From Balanoglossus misakiensis (taxonomy: Eukaryota > Animalia > Hemichordata), in contig CM082579.2 of assembly GCA_040954595.2 (NCBI GenBank), forward strand, positions 1,127,808 through 1,191,807: 64,000 nt of DNA. Direction: 5' to 3'. A program made the position numbers and the translations under genes. Numbering within the stretch: position 1 is the stretch's first letter; each line of letters starts with the position of its first letter. Shown here one piece after another: positions 40,525-54,825 of this stretch. The notes beneath the pieces were generated by a model. That model was given only the letters and a program-made list of their open reading frames with translations, had not been told where the DNA came from and did not search any database.

Positions 40525-43500
40525 ATGACTGCTTGTATTATGGATGTTTTTAGTGCCAATACCACCATGGTGGTTGCAATGATCTTTCTCATTGCTGGGC
40601 TGACCACAGCGAGACCGGCACCTACAAACAGCAGTATTCTGCAGGCGGATCTACCACTGGACATAGCCAACGACGAACCATCCAGGGGAGTTGATCGGAC
40701 AGTGAGGAGTACTATAAGTTCAATTGTGGGAGCGTTGAAATACAGACAACTCTACTGCAGGAGTGGTTATCATTTACAAATATTTCCAGACGGAAGGGTT
40801 TCGGGAACTCAAGAGGACCATAATCTATACGGTAATTTTAGCAATTTATTGTTCTGGCAGTTTAATTTTTTTAGCGTGTATCAGCTATGTTTATTTCATT
40901 GACGCACTTCCAAAAATTGCGTGTGTATTACTAGTACATGTACTGGCAATATGCGATAGAAAAAACTTCATGTCATTTGGGTTATGGAAAAGTGTCGATC
41001 TGTCCCCCCCCCCCCCCCCGCACTATTAGCCATGCACTGTATATGTACTGCCACGTTCTCGCCCGACGGTCTGGGACGGTGTCAGGCGCACGGCGCACTT
41101 GAATTGGCCTGCGCGGCACGACGTCGACGCCGCCCGGCGCACTTCGCGATTGGACACCGTCCAACCCCCGTTCTCTTTCATTTCGCTGGTTTACCGCCCC
41201 TCGTGCCCGTGTCACTTCAGACGCAGGGTTTCTCGTTCAACCTGCTGCCTCGTGTCTGTGTACCCAGCAATTACGACATACTAGTACGTTCTTCAACGCA
41301 TTAATGGCTTCAGGCAGACTTCTTCGGAACATGTCCTATCATGATCTTCAATAACAAATCGCTGCTTTAAATCCCCGTTCTACTTATCAACAAAACTGTC
41401 TCAACGCGTTTTCGGCAGATACGGGCAGATACCAACAATATGTCACCCTTTAGAGCGACATCGAGGATTATGTTTTGACTTCGGCGAGTTATCTGGTGGA
41501 CACCGTCACGATACTTCTAAAAACGCAGCATTTGCGCGAGTTGCCAAACGTCAAACGCGGGGCTCTAACCCATTCATTCACTTCACAAGTACCTTTGGTA
41601 TAATATAGGCTTATTCTCCGCCCTTATTTGCCCTTTACGATCTTTGACTGTGGTAATTAAGTCCACTTAAGTACATTATTTCGTGTTTTGCGACACCAGT
41701 CTCCGTTATCCACGAGACTGGCAACATTTTGAACTTTAGGATCTCTCCCTGTGCAAAATATTTCCCCAAATCGTACATACTTTGGCAGCAGAACGGCAAA
41801 GTCTGGCTACGCACTCGGCAATCACTGCACTGGTCAGCTGCCATGATCGGGAGCATGCCGTGGCTTGCTTTGTTAGACCTTTGTATTTGGTTCCAAATTG
41901 TTTAACATCTACAATGTAATATGATAGACTATGTAAATTTCAGCATGGCCTTTGTGCGGCCCCACAAAGGAGAAACCCCTCTTGTTAAGAAGAAATTTCT
42001 GACGTCACCAATATTCGACCATCAAGACTGTTCAAGTTAAAATGTCCCGTGACCCCTTCCCCTCCCCTCCAAATAAAACGGTATGGTCGCTTAGGAACGT
42101 TCGTTTGAACGCGATCTGAGGTAGACACCTAGGATTCAATGTGCCAGCCATTCGAAGCGGTCAAAAGGCAAGGTCATTCCTATGAGTCGCGTTCCTGGCA
42201 TCTCGCCCCGTATCCAAGCGAGAAGAGTTAAATGGTTGAGAACGCCACATACTAAATTCTAACAGCATTACGGTTGTCCACACCGCCAATCTAGCTGAAA
42301 GAACGCGTCGTCGTCAAGATAAAAGTACACCCGCCAGATAAAAGCTATCTCAAGCCCACGTATCTTCAATAATGTCAGGTCTATGGCAATGAAACGGGCA
42401 AAGTGAAAATAAACCGGTGTGGAGAACGGTGCAAACCTGTATTTGCGAAACTATCTGTTTGTTGACACAGTTGTTAATTGAAAAGCAAAGATGTGACCGT
42501 ATATTACCGTACAAGAGAGTGGAAGTAGTTGCACTTGTTTACGAAGATCGGCAAGTCATTAGTTCTAAGACGAGCGGTGGCCTGTCAGGGTCGACCCTTA
42601 ATTCTTTTTTGAGCAGACCGACAGGTAACTTGGAGTACACACCCGCTGGGTAAAACGAGTGCCTTATAACGCCCAAACCAGTGATGCATGCGACATATTC
42701 CTAAGTTTAGCCAGAATTACGACCAGTCGTGAAAAGGCGACCATACCCACTCGTGCAGGTTATTAAATTCAATGCTTGTTGCGGAATGCCTGCAGTGTGC
42801 CTAGTTACAATATATCAAAGATTCGTCTGCCGCCCAGAATAGTCACAGACTATAGGCGACTGTCCACTGGATGACACCGCAGGCCCTAACACGCGAATTT
42901 GGTATTTTATGAAAGAGGGGAGGGTCAATCAGGTAGAGAATACTCTTCCATCTGGCACGGTTGGCGAACACCTATTACCGTAGACAGGTGATGGAAGTGT
43001 CATGTCATTCATAGCTTATTTTGAAGCGACGTCCACTCGTTACGCTGCTGTGAACACTCTAAATACTCGACAAATCTCGACTGGAAAATACGTTTTCATT
43101 TCCACGTGCAAAACAACCTTGCAAACAACCAAACGGACCCGTCTACTTCTGTGATACGAATTCCATATTGGGGGAGGGTCTTGATAGATCGTTATGTGAG
43201 ACGATGGCCCATCAACCCAAAACGCGCACGTCTTACAATGTCACTGTTATAATAGTATTGGACGGTGGCTAATTAGAGACTGGCCGGCCTGCTGCAGACG
43301 ACGGGTGCCACCAAAAGAAAATGCACAAGATTAATAGCCTTATTTCGTGTATTGAAATGAATTTCTTGCGGAATTGCTCATCATCGTTTTCGTTACTCTT
43401 CGGGAAAGTATAAATGTCAAACGGGCAATTTTCTCAAACGCTCACTGTGGACGATATTAAGCGGCATCTCAGACTATGCGTGAGGAAAATCCTTTGGATA

Positions 43501-45487
43501 AAAGAAACTGGAGACCACCAATTGGATTTCGAGCTGGGCGTTGGTGATTCAATGAAAAGAGCATTCTCCCTATCATTGGCACACATGGCGACTTTACGCT
43601 CAGTAACTATATTAAAGAGAAACCCATCAATTCTGCTCCACTGGCTTTTCTTGCACTTCCTATTTAACACGAGCGACATTTTATCCACTTTCCACTGTTC
43701 AGCACACCAGCATTCAGAATTTAAAACGTCACCAAGTCAAAAGGCGCGTGCTCTTTTCAAGATCCCACTAAAAGCGTTTTACCGCGATCGTTAAAATTAC
43801 TACGGCTGAAAAGATGCCCCGTCCTCCCTTGTCGATTGTTAAAATGATACACCGAAACTTGGAGAGAGTTACGTGTACATAGATTTCGATATTTACATGT
43901 CTCTTACTTGTGCGTTTTATCATTTGGGAGACATCATCTCGGAGGCATCCAGTGTCCTCTGTTGTATCCCTGCGCCAAATTGAACCCCCCACCACACCCC
44001 AACCATATTCTCACCTCATGTCTCCAGCACACATGATATACACTATATGTGTTTAATCCGAATCTTCTCTCTTTCAGCAATAGTGAAAATTGAATCGGTG
44101 CACGCACCCAGCACAGTGACAATACGAGGAGTAGAAGCCGGACTTTACTTGGCTATGAACAAAAACGGAGAACTTTATGCAACGGTGAGCAATCTCCTAT
44201 ATTTTTTTAGCCGTGACAGCATATACCCCACTGCTAACACCAGCAACCCAATACATTCCCCAAATTGACTTCTTGAAAGAAGTGATATCTTCTGTATTAT
44301 TTTCATAATCCACCGCCGTATGGCGCTGTTTACTCTGTCTTCAGCCTTACTGAAGAATTAAACGCAGTAACTTTGACCACTATCACCAATTACAGTACAG
44401 TACCCATGCTATAACAAGATAGAAATTATAACAAGATAAGATTGATAGGTGCTTATAACACATGGTGCTGCACTTGGTAGATTGAGACCACATGCCCTTA
44501 CTCGCCAGGGACCAGCTACCACTGACTTTGATCATGACAATGAATTATGGGAGAGTTTGCTTAGGTTAAAAGTACCTTGAACTGAGCATTGACCTGACGG
44601 CATTCTGTATACAGCACACAGACCATCAATATATTAATCCCTACACCCAAATGTGCGCACTACCACGCCCGAAGGACTTAAAATCTTCCAGCAAAAATAA
44701 ATTGAGCATTTGATGTGGGGCTTTGATTAACCCACAAACGTGAGCAACGGGTTAAAAGAATGAAGGTAATTTATCAGGAAAAGCCGGGTTGCGTGAGAAA
44801 CGGTGATACACCCAGGCAATACTCACGACTTGGTGAGATCGTGTGGTTTCTACGCGTGGGAAAATTAAACAATACAAGTTTCCACAATTTGACACTAATA
44901 TAAGAAATTAAAATGCGAAGGAATGTTTGGAAGTGAGATTTGGGAGTGCAAACAGAGGCAATATCATCAACATTTCAAATATTCACTTCCATATCACTCA
45001 TGCGAGACTATAGCCAATATCCCAGAATGCGCTGCTGTAATGGCGACGTCAGCATTCAACATGTACTGCAGTATCCATGGCAACCATGCTTCAGCATTGC
45101 CAGCTCTTGATAAACGCGCATACTGTTTTTCACAACACTTATTGATTTTTTCTTTTCCTTTGACAGGAAAAATTAGAAAAGAACTGTCACTTTGTGGAAA
45201 GGATAACGGAAAATATGTTCAATACGTACGAGTCGGTGAAACATCCGAGGAAGGACAAGAAACGAGACAAGAAACGAAAGAAGAGGAAAGGAAAAGGGAA
45301 TAAAAGAAAGACGGGGAAAAAGTCAAGGAAAAGAAAGTCTTGGTATGTGGCGTTCGATAAGGAAGGAAATCCACAAAACGGATCAACGGTCAGGACTAAA
45401 CAAAAAATGACACATTTTCTAGCTCGACCAGTTGATCTGAAGAAAGTCGCGGAACTCTATGATAAATTGGTGACCGGAAGCAGTTAA
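40525..45487 (+). CDS. FGF20: Fibroblast growth factor, FGF9/16/20-like, paralog A (about 244 aa), with signal peptide and basic insertion
   Basis: Exons 40525-40831, 44078-44184 and 45167-45487 (GT-AG, phases 1 and 0, the canonical FGF three-exon layout). Motifs YRQLYCRSGYHLQIFPDGRVSGT, VTIRGVEAGLYLAMNKNGELYA, CHFVE, NTYES, WYVAFDKEG, THFLARPVD. The symbol indicates the subfamily only; a downstream ATG could be the true start. Confidence 0.92.
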
Positions 45488-48400
45488 TATGCCGCCATAG
45501 GAACCATAAGACTGATTTTACTGCTCCTTCCCTGGCAAATATAGTGTGTGCAGAAGAACTCGAGCAGCACATGGATTATTATTATTGTTATATATTTGCC
45601 GTTCCATTTTATACTTACACCCCAAGGATGGGGAAACTTGTACATATGACTTCCCTGAGGACCATTTTATAGATACAAGGATGTGAAAACAATTCCCAGC
45701 CTATCAACTATCATATGTTACATATTTATTAATCGTCCGTTTTCTGTGTAGTGTTGGACGTCAACGACCAATCAGCGACTTCTGTTTAGAAACCCTAAAT
45801 AACTCGGGATTTATTTTGGTGTTGCGATACAAGGCACGACCAAGAGTGTTATTTGTACATATTTGTAAGATCGTAACCGTTGAAGTCGTAGGTTTATGCG
45901 CATTTAAAATTATACATCTGCATTGTCGGTATACGCACTTTGCCAAATGATTGAAAATTCTGCCGTTCTTTTTGAGAAAAGTATAACAGCATGGAAGATC
46001 CGAGTGCCATTGCCAGTCTGGTCAAATGTTGTCCCACTGACGTGGTAGTGGTAGGTGGTAGTCACCCTATCTTGTCTGATCTGATCTGATGCTATAACTG
46101 CCTAATTGGTAGCTGATGACAAGGGGAAACACGCAATCAATTTGTGGCGACCTACCATCTATCTACTACCACCTCTCTGGTTTGTGATGTTTGGTGGCGC
46201 AGAAAAAAAATCGTTAAAAAAGACACGGGCGACTGTCAAGCGTTGCTGCGTGTGCACCGTTCCAAGCTAGCTATCTTCTGTCTGGAGCTATGTCACCATA
46301 GCAACTCGTACAACTTTTCAGTTCTTATCACAGATTCTCTTAGTTGAGTATTTAAATGGGCACTGAAAAAATCACCGATTAACACTGAACGTTGAAATCG
46401 CTGCACATCTTTGGAACGAGAATAGCATTCTTTACACATCTCATCAATATATCGATAGGCATTGCTGCTCATGTGAAATATTTTGCTTCTCAAATTTATG
46501 ATCAAGCTTTTCTTGTCAGCTTTGGTACAATCGTAATGAATGTTCATGTTTCTTCAAAGCCCTGATGGAAATCATGAGTGTACCTCTTTTAATAGAATTT
46601 CTGCTGTGAGAATTCATAAAGGTATGCGTTCAGCGGAAGCCTTTAAACCTTCCGTTTCAATACCACATATTAATATTATAATAACTATGACGACAATACG
46701 ACCAAATCATAAATCTTTGAGGCACACAATTGAAATATTATGTTATATACTTAGTTGTTACGGCGTTCCTGTTTAAGAAAAAGGGAAGAAAAACTTATAG
46801 GCGTGTATTTATTTTTCTATTGAAAGAAAAAAGATATTATTTATTTATTTATTTACCAAGAACAAATGATCTTTTTTACTGTAAGAAGAAACCGACTTGG
46901 CTAACGTAGGGTACTTGTGATATGCAAATCATGGGAGACATCATCGCACTCTGATCAGTGGCCGTTGCCATGGAAACACTTGGTTTAACATCCAATACCA
47001 ACTATGTACTCATACCACTAGCGGCACTCCGTCAAAACTTATTTTGACTCTAGCTGAATAGTGGAATGGGTAATTATCACGTTTACTAAGTGAATTGAGA
47101 CAATGTCGAAACATGCACGGCAGATCAGGAGTGTGAAAGTAGTAAAACAAATGTTTGACAAAATATCATTAAATCGAATGAAGTCAGTGACAAAGTTGAA
47201 TATGTATATTTCAGTGAACGCTGACTAAGTAGAGGATGCCTGATAATGTAGTTTCACAACTTATCACTGCCGGTTGCTTTATAAGAGGCAATGATACTGG
47301 GTACATGTTACCGATTTTGTCATCTGCAATACTTTCTTTTACGAATTTTAACAGTAAAATACGAAGAAGCAATATATACATTAATCCTTGTTTGTGTATT
47401 GTCTTTCAATGAAACTTTGGAGAGAGATGTAGGGAGAGAGAGACAGACAGAGCTAAGATCTGTTTGCCCAAACTCGCTTTTTGATGTGCGTGTGTGTCTC
47501 TGTGTATACGCGTGCGCACTGGGATTGGATCGAGTGATGTCAGCAAATATTCACCACAACATTGCAAGACCCGAACGACTGACTCGTTGCTGCTGATCAA
47601 CCCAGAGCAGTTGATCTATTGATTGATTTTAAAAGTAAATTTAGTGACAAAACGCGACGCTATAAAGGCGAATCATTACGTAATGAGATGTGTCAACTGA
47701 ACAGAGAACAGTGGGACCCGCTGACAAAGTTTTTGGCAAATCTTCAAAGCTTCGTCCCAGCGGGGGACTCTGTTACTGAGCGCGGTAACTGACATGCTTT
47801 GAAAAAAACGAATACTGTTTCGACTTGATGCATTATTCATCTCATTCCGTCTAGCGACGATAAGTCGAGCCACTCTGATTAAAGGCAAAACAACGCCAAT
47901 CCTTACTGCAATTGCCAGCATTTGTTACCTTGGTAACGTAATTTGTAAACAAAGCATACTAATTGTGCACCATAATTCAATAGTTTCCCCATTTCATCGA
48001 AAAGCTGGTTTGATTACTAGTTTCTGTTAAACGATTATTTTTATATATGCACATCTGCAGCCCTCACCATTGAAACGCAAAACTTTCAAACGTCAGTAAC
48101 TCATTGATGCCCAAACTAGAAAAAATTACCGCTGAAATTATCACATGATCACAAATCGTAATTGCGGTTGACCATCGCACCTGGTGGTCTGCATGCGTGG
48201 CTTTAGTGAAATAGCTGAAGAAAGTCGGAGTTTTGGGACAAAAAAATATTGTTTCGCTTTTCAGTCACAACCGCGTTTCTCTCTGAGAGAGAGAGAAAGT
48301 CACCAGTTAGGAGAATATGCTACTCCTAACTGCGGCCTTGAAAAGATAACAAACTGAATGAACTTATTTGCCTTGGCAAGGACACGTCTATATTAAGCCA

Positions 48401-49500
48401 TGGAGCAAATAGCCGCCAGACAAGAAAATCACCAACAAAAAAGCCATCTGAAGTCAACACAGTGAGTTTAATTAGAGATCGAAATGCGGAATCTTCCACT
48501 CTGGTTGATGCGAGAGTGGCGCGGCATCTTTGGTATCCACGCGGCTCATTTATCTGCGTCTTGCCTTAACATTTGTCACTGCCTGAGCTGTTAAATCGTT
48601 CAGCCTTTTAGTGCTCAGCGCGCGGCTTCTTTGCAAATGGGGTTTAATTGCCTCCTCTGCGAGCCGATTTGGCCAAACAAGTTGGATGCCATTGGCCACG
48701 GGCATCGATTTTGCTGACTGATAGTATCCTATAACGATGAATCCATTTCCATTCTACGAAACGCTGAAAACGACCGAGTTTATTTAATGCAAGTTTGTGT
48801 TTATGATCTAAATATTGCAAGTAATGCTTGGTGCCAAGGCGTGAAATTGCAGCGAAATTGGCTGTAAACAAATCTAATAGTTTTTCAAGATTTTAACAAT
48901 ACGTATCGTTGATGGTCTACACCGGTAATACGAAAAATTGATATATACAAAGGTGTTGTATATAAAATTGCCATAAACATGATGAAAACAAACAAGGCAG
49001 AGCTTGTTTCTTGGTTGAGGGACCCGCAGCCAGGTAGAAATAGAATGCAACTGCAGTAATCTATTTTGTCAATGAAATTCGAGTTGGCTCACATGCAGAA
49101 AAGTGTTTCCATGGAAACCTTTGGCTAATCGTATCCTATTTTGATGAGCTCTGTGCCGAGCGCCGCGAAGTCCTCTGGGACCTTGTTCAAACCGCTTACG
49201 GTTGGGATTACCTTTCAGCGGAAGCTTTTGGACCTTGTGAATAATTAGCGTGGATCAGAATGATTTACACCAATCCGGTCATGTAAAGACGGGTCGTTCG
49301 TGATTTCACTGAAGGATAGCGAAATTGATACGCGGCACAATCTCTTTAAGCGGATCTAGGTAGTGTAGCGAAAGTGTTTGTGTTTATCTGTGTGTCGGCA
49401 CTGGTCAATGACTCAGCGTCACAAGACTGCAGTTTATGTGACTGGAATTCTAGTAGACATGCTTTCTAATAATTATCACCTTTTCAAGTGCATGTTGAGC

Positions 49501-49632
<132 letters not shown>

Positions 49633-52082
49633 AGCCATCGCCACCGCAGTCATACCCCAATGAACAATTATTTCGTAACTTTAATGCCGACTTTTTGTTG
49701 CTAGTTTGAAATAACTTACATTAAGCATAAAGATCAAGCCAACTCAACATCTAATTTTAATCAGATTGTCACAGGAGTCACATATCCGTAGGTCCTTCTG
49801 CGATATGATGACTGTGATGTGTATAGTGTAAAACATTCCCACTGCCTTCCTTGTTCGGTTTTCTTTGTGGATTATCTCCCCGAAATAATGAGTAAAGCAT
49901 GAGCAACTGTTAGTATATAGAGACAGGAAGTTTCCACCTATCATGGTATGTCCATGGAAACCAAAACCAATTTGTATGAGCTTTTGGAGAGTTCCTTTTC
50001 ACACAGACATTTTGATCTAAAGGCTTTGGTTGCCCGATCACCAGATGAGACCCCAAGGCTATGTCGACCAATTCTATGTTGCCGCCAGATCACCAGGTGG
50101 CTGACAGACAATGGAGAGAAACTGCATAGTCTACTAATCACTAACCCTAGTCTTAATTTCCTTTTTTTATTCTTAAGTTGTCTAAATAGAAGACGCTGAG
50201 ATGAAACAATTAAAATAGGAGAAAAGATAACTTAACTTGAACGATTTGCAATCTCAGTGGTTCAAGGCTAAGTGTTAAAAGAGAAGTAAACCCATAATTA
50301 CGATAATGATAATGACTGGCACGGTGTCTTCTGATGCCTGAATGACGTATTTCGCACGTGGGCGTTTTTGTCGGTATTTGAAAGATTCTGAAAGTTACCG
50401 GTTGAAAGTATTGATCCTATTATAAAACACTTTAGGCGTTACAGTCACACTATTTTCAATAAACCAACAATCGCGACCGAAGAAGACAATCTGGAGGCAG
50501 ACAATTTGAAATGTAAAAAGACCCATGCACGCGCCAACTAATTATTGTCTCTTTGTCGTGTGCCACCCGCTACGAGCCAATCATTGTTCAACACTTATTT
50601 CCTCGAGGAACGAAACAAATCTTTGAAGATGGCTTGATTAATAGGCGCCCCGGTCTACTTGAGAGCCTTATCATCATTGGCGGCGGCTCCGAACGGGCCG
50701 ACCGCAAAAGGGAAGTATTAAGAGTCTCAGCTTACCCGTTGGGGTCCCCTTTTGTATTAAAGTGCCGAACTTTTGTCGCCAGGTTAAGTTGAAAAGATTC
50801 GCCACTCGAACTCCGCGTCAAAAATCAATAAGCTTACCAGATAACGTTATTGATAAAAGGCGACAAATAGACTATTTAATTGAAGAGATTATTATTACAA
50901 AAGAGCCCCCCCCCCAAAAAAAAATACGAAGGTGTCACAGCTAAACTATGCAACCTCAGCTATCAGACAAACTAATTACCTTCCATTTGTCTCAGGCATA
51001 ACCAAGACTCATGCCAAGTAGTGCAATTAGTCGTTGGGGGCGCTAGCAAGGTAGTTTTCACACAGAGGAGAAGACGGCTAATATGCAAATACACAGGTGG
51101 TGGAATGTTGGTTGGAGTGGGCAGTTTTGCATAACAATGTGTAGCTGGTGATATGAATATACAGGGCGAAGAGTGCGTTGTGTCGGGAGTGTCAAGTGTA
51201 TTCATATAACCCGTCTTCTCCCATGTGTTTTCTCCTGATGAGTGAGTCCATGTGACTCACGAAACAACGTTGTAGAGATTATACCGTCTGTCGTTTCTCC
51301 AGCTACCCATGCCTTACTCTATATTCCGCTCCACGTCAGTATCGAGCACGTTGTATCGGACCAGTCGGACCACATGTTTCCTGTACATACATGCATGAAT
51401 ACGTATAAGGTACGTAAAAGCTCATGCATGTGGTTTTGTCTGTGGGACCGTCGTATGAGTTCTACATTCAACGACCCCAGAACACTGTAGTAATACGCAT
51501 GCTTTATTTATTTTCCAGGAATAAATAATATTTAATGTATCAATATTAAAATATCAATGATAAGTTTCCATCGACAACGAATTTCCTGATTGCCAAAAAA
51601 AAATACTGGTTAAAATCCAGAGTATGTAATAGAACATCATCCTTGAGTAAGTTTGAAATCAGTTTCGACATCTCAGAGTATTGTATGTAGACTCGCAGAA
51701 AATGGACGGAGCCAAAATCATACGTCTTCAGTGATACAGAGAAATTTTAATGTTATTCTGACTTCGTGGATATTGAAGAATGTCGCAAGAGCGCTGAACA
51801 TGATTCAATCAGTGAAAGACAGGTCGTTTGTAAAATATTTCTATACCCGTGATGATTGCGCACTTAAGGACGGACTAACGTTTAAAATAGTAATCTGTCA
51901 GTCGTCACGCTTTCAATATCCTCTGTAAAAATGATTACATAAACATGATTGTAAAATTGGTATAACTCTTAATTTAGATATACAAAGATGGCTTGGTTAT
52001 CTCAAGTCCTCCAAAGACATTCACAGATGCAGTATCCATGGTTACAAGTTCAAACACTGAAGTGGCTGTACTGGACACGATT

Positions 52083-54825
52083 CTAGTTTAACGGACTTCC
52101 GTGACCTTTACTCTGGATTTCCTCGAGTTGCTCCACCACCGGAAAGTTGTAGAGGTAAGGTATTTTTTCCGGGTCGACGGCACGCGCAAGGAACTGCACC
52201 CTTTTGTATTCCGGTTTGGTTAGCACCGAGTTCATTGGCTCTCCGCTGTTGCCAAGGGCGACGTACCAAAATTCGTTGCTGTTTTTCTCGTTCCTGGTGC
52301 CAGGTCCCCTCTTTCTTTTGGTCGGATGTCGCGCTGACGCATATCTGGTGTAAATAATGTCCATCACTTCTTCTATGAACATGCAATTTCTGTTGAGAAT
52401 TGGCTGTAGAATAGAAAGGAGAACTGTGTTACCGGTAGTCTGATGGTTGTTTATCTCAGTCTGTCAACGTTAAGGCAAATTACATGTATGTCTCATACAC
52501 ACAGTAGTATTTTAACATTGTGAGACTGCTCTCTGTAGTCAGTGAATATGCTACAAGAATCACTTACCGACGTGTACAGTTGACCGTATCTATTCATAGC
52601 AAGGAAGAGACCACTATCAACACCCTTTATCGCCACAGTGTTTGGCTGTTGAAGACTGATCAGTTTTAGGATACCTGTTGATTTGAAAAATAGGAAAATT
52701 ATAGGCATTTTTCAAAATGTGTCTGTTTTTTGAAGAAAAAAGTAAATTTGCCGTAAATATTATATTCAGTTACTGCAGGGGCTCAAAGATTTGTTCTAAG
52801 TGGGAAAAATCCATCGCTAGCTCAGTGGCCGACCAATAGGTTTGTCCAATAGTAAGATTGTTGCACGCCGGGCTTCTAAGAGAAAGACATACGATAGTAT
52901 AATTGGTAACATAGACAAGAACCATTATTTAGAGTCTTTTATGGTGTTGACAATTATACATTGCTATATCAAATTTCATAAAAGGCTATTTCTCATAAAA
53001 GTGAACTTTTGTGTTGCGCCGAAAAATGTGTCCACCTACACAAAGTAAACACCATTGTCATTCTAAGGCTTTCCCGATTTGTCCGCATCGCCTGGAATTT
53101 TGTCTTGATGCATTTAACTACAATACACGCATTCCGTGCTTTATGCCGGATCTGGTCACGTGGCCAGGGGCAAATAACTGTCCAAATATCAACGCTATCT
53201 ATATGGGAACGATACCTTAAACAAACACAAATCAAAATTTTTAAACAGGTATTAAGAGGTCACGGGAAATGTGAGGCCAGTTGTGGTTAGATGGTTTAAA
53301 GCGTCGTCGCCACTCATTTGTTAAAGAACCGCAGAACCTCCATTTTCGCAAATTCGTTTTTGGAGAATTACTGTTGGCCCGTAGAGACTGTATTGCCTAC
53401 GTGGTCACGGTGTTTATTACACGGTGCTTTAGTCCATAGACATTGCCCACTCAACGAGGCTATGTCAGTCCATGTGAAGTACTCGAACAATTTCTGAAGC
53501 AAACACAAATGGAACTTTTCGGGGATAATTAGATATTGTTGAAATATGGACAAATTCATCAATTTAGTTACTACATATCAGTGACCTTTCATCCAATGTA
53601 TGACTATGAGGAGTACCTACTGATGCGAGAACCAGGGATTGAAAATTCCGGCTTATAAAATCGGCGACCTAAATAAGATTAAAACATTTGACCATGGAGG
53701 TGAGCGTGTCTACCCCCATGATTTGACAGGCGTCAATTTGTGTGGGGTGACCGTGGTCCAACGATTTGTGTGATTTACGAGTGGCCATTCGCAAACATGA
53801 AAACAACAACAGCACTTCACAGCTAGTTGTTTTTTGTTTTGGATGACACGTTCGGACACTTTAGTGGTCATGTCATTTTGGGAAAACCTCACTCCTACAG
53901 GGTTGACTCACATTTAACTGTTTACCAGGGAAATACTTATTGGTAGTTCTATGCATGAGTAACTATCATCAGAGATCAGCGGACTCCTAAATCTTCTGTC
54001 AAAAATCCGCGCGCAGTTGTCACCATGCTTTCACTTTTAAGGTCGCACGAGGAAAGTCTACCTTTCGCCTCTAGACCGTAGACGTATGATTGAAATTCAA
54101 ATGAAACTTAGTCCTTTGTCGATGTCCTTGAAGACTGGCCAAGATACAACATGCTACTTGTGTGAGCGTGCGACGCTACAGTAATTAGTTAAAAAACATG
54201 GACATGCTCGGGCTTGCTGGGTTATACGATGCGCGGGGAATTCAAGAGATGTATAGTACAAGTCTTTGTGTAGTACGCGAGCACTTGGCACCCCGGCCGC
54301 CCATTCACAGCGTTTGTTAGAAATAACAAAAGACTTTTGGGGAGTAATTGTTATCCACTGCGACCTTTGATACAACGGTAATGAAATGCCTCGTCAAATT
54401 ATGGTGCTCTAACAGCTTATAAAAACCCCTAATGACACGTTCAAACGATGTTATATGGAGAATCGAACGTGGGAAAACCCATAAAATGCACCCTGACTAT
54501 GGTATATTGCGCGTGTAATTTTCAATGGACTAAGTCGCTGTCCAAGTTTAACTTTGAGAGACGTGCAGTTTTTTTCTTAAAGCTTACCGAATCTGTTGTG
54601 GTCTTCTGGAGTTCCTCCGATGGAACCATTGGGAAAAATCTGCAGGTGAAATCCGGTCCGACAGTAGAATTGCCGAAAATGCATTGCGTTATAGACATCC
54701 ACAATATCACCGTCCGTATTGAAATCGTTCGAAGGGTTGTTCCTGTCCTCGCCGTGAACATCGACTCCAAGCGTATTGACAAAGCAGAACTTTGCTACGA
54801 TGACTGCTAGCGTAAAGGTCTTCAT
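52083..54825 (-). CDS. FGF9: Fibroblast growth factor, FGF9/16/20-like, paralog B (about 221 aa), with signal peptide
   Basis: Exons (minus) 54825-54588, 52674-52568 and 52403-52083. Motifs [81 protein letters not shown]. An in-frame upstream ATG at 54888 is possible. The symbol indicates the subfamily only. Confidence 0.92.
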
